From an uncultured Clostridia bacterium (GTDB taxonomy: Bacteria; Bacillota; Clostridia; TANB77; CAG-508), in contig CAKOUU010000004.1 of NCBI GenBank assembly GCA_934120675.1, positions 9,918 through 73,917 on the forward strand: a stretch of 64,000 nucleotides of DNA, given 5' to 3'. Of this stretch, positions 60,644 to 64,000 are shown piece after piece. The position numbers and the translations under genes are program-made. The first letter of the stretch is position 1, and each line of letters opens with the position of its first letter. Below the pieces are notes generated by a model. The model did not search any database and was not told where the DNA came from. It saw nothing but the letters and a program-made list of their open reading frames with translations.

Positions 60644-61360
60644 TTATTTACAAAATCTGTGTTTTCCAATAGTAACAGTCATTGGCCTAGACCAAATCCA
60701 CTTATTTGTCGCAGTAGATGGATTAAAATAATAAATAGCACCATAGCTTGGATCCCAACCATTCATTGCATCTTGTGCAGCTTTTCTAGCAGTTGAATCT
60801 GGTGTCAAATTAACTTGTCCATCTTTTACAGCATCAAAGGCCCCAGGCTGATATACAACTCCTGACAATGTATTTGGAAACGAACTACTTTTTATTCTAT
60901 TCATAACAACAGCTCCAACAGCTACTTGACCAGTATATGGCTCTCCTCTAGCTTCTCCATAAATTACTCTAGATAATAAATTTAAATTACTACTATAAGA
61001 CGAGGAACTACTTGAAGAAGATGATGAAGACGATGTTATTCCCATTGCCTTTAATGTTGCTGGACCTGCAATTCCATCTGCTGTTAAGCCATTTTTTCTT
61101 TGAAAATATTTCACAGCATTTAATGTTTGAGTCCCATAAATACCATCAACACTACCTGAATAATATCCCCATCTTTTTAATTTTCTTTGTATTTGTGTAA
61201 CCTCTGAACCCCTTGAACCATATTTTGATAATGCCTCTACTGTTTCATTTTCTTTATTATTCTTATAAATTAATATAACCACTGATATTGCTGAAATTAA
61301 TAAAATAATAACTGATATCATCTTCAATATTTTTCTTTTATTAAAAAATCCCTTTAACAT
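60644..61360 (-). CDS. sleB: SleB-type cell wall hydrolase with a peptidoglycan-binding domain
   Basis: TM/signal segment, PG_binding_1 (GSRGSEVTQIQRKLKRWGYYSGSVDGIYG), poly-Ser linker, then the Hydrolase_2 block YGEARGEPYTGQVAVGAVVMNR. Confidence 0.75.
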   Translation of the reverse strand: MLKGFFNKRKILKMISVIILLISAISVVILIYKNNKENETVEALSKYGSRGSEVTQIQRKLKRWGYYSGSVDGIYGTQTLNAVKYFQRKNGLTADGIAGPATLKAMGITSSSSSSSSSSSSYSSNLNLLSRVIYGEARGEPYTGQVAVGAVVMNRIKSSSFPNTLSGVVYQPGAFDAVKDGQVNLTPDSTARKAAQDAMNGWDPSYGAIYYFNPSTATNKWIWSRPMTVTIGKHRFCK

Positions 61361-61470
61361 AAAAAACCACCTATCAATAAAAATATTTAAGACAAATTTT
61401 TCTTTATCTAATCATTTATATTTTTATCAATATTTGGTTTTATTATACATTTTATGAATTATATTTTATT

Positions 61471-62493
61471 TTATGAACAATATCTACATAAAACGGTCTC
61501 CATTCCAACTTGTAAATCGATTTTTCCATTTTTAAAATTATAATCTAAGTCACATAAATCCTGTAAAATATTTCTTAAGTCTTTTTCTTTAAAATATTTT
61601 GACTGAACCTTGTATTTTGTTGTTAAAAACATTTGATTTGGCTTTAATTTCAAGCTTGAAGCCAAGTCCTTATTGGTATTCATTGCCATTTTTGTTATAT
61701 ATAACTTTTTAAAATGATTATACAATGTTACTAAAATTTTAGCCAATGGTTCTTTTGCATAAATCAAATTTTGCAAAACTTGTAATGCTCCTGTTATATC
61801 TTTTTTGCCTAAATCGTCAGTTAAATCAAATATAACACTTTCTAATTTTTTAATTGATAATTTATCAATATCTTCTTTTTTTATAGTTCCATTTTCTCCT
61901 GCATACTCAATTAATTTTCTAATTTCATTTATTAAATCTTGCATATTTGTTCCACAACATTCAATAAAATATCTTAATGTTTGTGCATCTATATTTACCT
62001 TATAGCCATTGCAAATAGTCTTTATTCTTTGTTCTATTTGATTAGCTTTTTGGAAGTCAAATTTACATACAATACCATTTTTTTCAATTGCTGTATATAA
62101 GGCTGATTTATTATCCGCTTCTTCTTCAACAAAAACTAATACAACTGATTCATTTATTAGTTTGATATTTTCTTCAATATATTTTGCCAATTTATCTTTT
62201 AGTTTGACTGTATCTCCAGCTTTTCTTTTTCCCTCTTTTTTAAAAAGTCCTGTATTTCTGGCAATTATCAATTTCTTTTCATATCCAAAACTTGGAGTTT
62301 CTATATCAGATATTATTTCTGAAACATTTTGTTCATCTATCATTATAAAGTTTATCCCTTTTACACATTCTCCAAATAAATTTTTTATTTTTTTCAAATT
62401 GCTTTCTAGTAAGAACAACTCCTCACCATATAAAAGATATACGCTATTTAGTTTTTTTGAATTTAATTCTTTTTCAAGATTTTCAATTGTCAT
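61471..62493 (-). CDS. holA: DNA polymerase III subunit delta
   Basis: 340 aa. The N-terminal VYLLYGEELFLLE pattern and overall length fit HolA. Confidence 0.75.
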   Translation of the reverse strand: MTIENLEKELNSKKLNSVYLLYGEELFLLESNLKKIKNLFGECVKGINFIMIDEQNVSEIISDIETPSFGYEKKLIIARNTGLFKKEGKRKAGDTVKLKDKLAKYIEENIKLINESVVLVFVEEEADNKSALYTAIEKNGIVCKFDFQKANQIEQRIKTICNGYKVNIDAQTLRYFIECCGTNMQDLINEIRKLIEYAGENGTIKKEDIDKLSIKKLESVIFDLTDDLGKKDITGALQVLQNLIYAKEPLAKILVTLYNHFKKLYITKMAMNTNKDLASSLKLKPNQMFLTTKYKVQSKYFKEKDLRNILQDLCDLDYNFKNGKIDLQVGMETVLCRYCS

Positions 62494-64000
62494 TTTTTTC
62501 TCCCCATATAGATATTCTTAGAATCTCTGCCACACTCCAAGCTTGTGCAATAGCTCCTTTAGGCTTGTATGGTCTAACAGAATCATAGATTTCTGCGATG
62601 CTTCCTATACATCCTCTATGTTCAATTTCTTTAATAAATGTCTTATTAATTCTATTTATAAAATCATTCAATTTATTTTCTAATTCTGTTTTATATGTTT
62701 TTCTCTTTTCTGCTTTTATCATATTTCTTAAAGCATCAAAATATAGTCCTAATAGCCATGTCCAAGTTATTCCTTGATGGTAGCTCATATCTCTTTTAAA
62801 GCTGTCTCCCTCATATATTTCAATATAATTTGGTTCTCCTTTTGCTAGTGATTTTAGCCCATAATTATTTAATAATTTCTTTTCTACAACATTTACTATA
62901 TTGTAAGCTTTTTCTGAATTTGGATCAATTACAGGATATGTTAAACTTAATGCAAATAATTGATTTGGTCTTATTTTTCCATCACTATTTTTTTCGTTAC
63001 TTACAACATCATATAAGCATTTTCTTTTTGCATTATAGAATTTTTCATTAAATGATTTTTTACATTTTCTAGCTAAATCTTTATATTTTTTTATTTTTGC
63101 TTTTATTTCTACTTCTTTTTCATTGTTTGTATTTTCAATTGATGATTCTTCTAACTTCTCTGTTAATTCTGCCATTACCATTAAACTATTATACCACAAA
63201 CTATTTATTTCAACTGCTTTTCCATTTCTAGGTGTAGCAGCTATTCCATTTGTTTTTGCATCCATCCAAGTATTTTGAGTATTTTCTGTTCCTGATACTA
63301 TTAAATAATCAGAATCCAAATAAATGTTGTTATTATCTACATCAATTCCTTTTATATAACCATCTATAACTTTCTCTAATTTACTATATAAATTCTCTTT
63401 TACAAATTCATAGTCACCTGTATAATTAATATATTTTTGGATTTGCTCAAACAATAATAATGATGCATCTGCACTATTGTACAATGGTCTGTTATCAAAT
63501 CCTGAATATCCATTTGGAACTAAGCCATATTTTATATCTCTAACCATTGTTAGTAAAACTTCTCTTGCCAAATCAAATCTTTTTGTTTTTAATAACAATC
63601 CTTCAAATGAAATCAAACTATCTCTTCCCCAATCAAGGAACCATGGATATCCTGCAATTACAGTGTGCAAGCCAAATGATGGTCTATATACTATAAATTG
63701 GTCTGAAGCTTTTATTAATTCTGATATAAATTCTTTATTTTTATCAGATACATTTTTTGATTTTGTATTTCCACGTTTTTCTTTATTAGATTTTTCTTCA
63801 GAATCCATAACATTTTCAACTATTTTATCAATTCTTTCAATCTCACTTTGCATTATTTCTTTTACATTTATTTCTTCTATATTATCTTCCAAACTACATA
63901 CAAATGATATTTCTTTTTCTTCATTTGGTTGTAATTCAACTTCATATACTCCTGAAACGCTATGATTTTCTTTTGGAAAAAATCCACGTTTTTCTTCTTC
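62483..64000 (-). CDS. amylo-alpha-1,6-glucosidase / glycogen debranching enzyme family protein (5' end outside window)
   Basis: The frame is open to the window edge, upstream of the TTG listed in the ORF track. GYPWFLDWGRDSLISFEGLLL and HQGITWTWLLG blocks match the GDE_C domain. Confidence 0.75.
   Translation of the reverse strand, partial: EEEKRGFFPKENHSVSGVYEVELQPNEEKEISFVCSLEDNIEEINVKEIMQSEIERIDKIVENVMDSEEKSNKEKRGNTKSKNVSDKNKEFISELIKASDQFIVYRPSFGLHTVIAGYPWFLDWGRDSLISFEGLLLKTKRFDLAREVLLTMVRDIKYGLVPNGYSGFDNRPLYNSADASLLLFEQIQKYINYTGDYEFVKENLYSKLEKVIDGYIKGIDVDNNNIYLDSDYLIVSGTENTQNTWMDAKTNGIAATPRNGKAVEINSLWYNSLMVMAELTEKLEESSIENTNNEKEVEIKAKIKKYKDLARKCKKSFNEKFYNAKRKCLYDVVSNEKNSDGKIRPNQLFALSLTYPVIDPNSEKAYNIVNVVEKKLLNNYGLKSLAKGEPNYIEIYEGDSFKRDMSYHQGITWTWLLGLYFDALRNMIKAEKRKTYKTELENKLNDFINRINKTFIKEIEHRGCIGSIAEIYDSVRPYKPKGAIAQAWSVAEILRISIWGEKNDN

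Noticed and set aside
60993-61037. The poly-serine tract in the SleB-like gene as a phase-variable simple sequence repeat.
   Set aside because: The Ser run is encoded by a mixture of AGT, AGC, TCT and TCA-type codons rather than a perfect nucleotide repeat, so slipped-strand variation is unlikely. It reads as a flexible linker.

Overview
Very AT-rich chromosomal segment of a low-GC Firmicute that looks like a Clostridia-type spore former (SleB-type cortex hydrolase, FemAB, Obg, split transketolase). About 60 genes, almost all on the minus strand. No rRNA, tRNA, CRISPR array, transposase or integrase was recognised. A housekeeping backbone (recG, tsaD, lysS, obg, trpS, dapA, mutS, miaB, rpmF, ftsH, alr, holA) is interleaved with four accessory blocks: (i) three ECF-type sigma/anti-sigma modules at 10.4-17.5 kb, one being a membrane-tethered sigma fused to a serpin-like ectodomain in an operon with a Fic protein and a site-2 protease; (ii) an orphan small-ORF island at 19-21 kb; (iii) an 8.9-kb co-directional array at 22.5-31.4 kb with three NT5C-like HAD phosphatases, an NT5C::nucleoside-hydrolase fusion, an HD hydrolase and three different transporters; (iv) a LytTR / FtsX-ABC / PadR-SEDS block at 31.7-37.8 kb. 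The most striking sequence-level pattern is that the four recognisable genes that are frameshift-interrupted (recG, dapA, two ECF sigmas) all break at an in-frame CGG codon. Skipping its C and reading GGN fits the homologous protein at recG and dapA and reopens the downstream reading frame at the two sigmas. CGG is otherwise almost unused as a sense codon here. This is either a systematic assembly artefact or +1 recoding at a rare codon, and sequence alone cannot decide. Other notable items are a 470-bp imperfect inverted repeat with conserved blocks upstream of miaB, a family of GGGATT...GACCCGTCCCCC...AATCCC hairpins, a gene-fragment graveyard at 14 kb, and loss of the transketolase C-terminal subunit gene. 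All functional calls come from motif recognition by eye. No database search was run.
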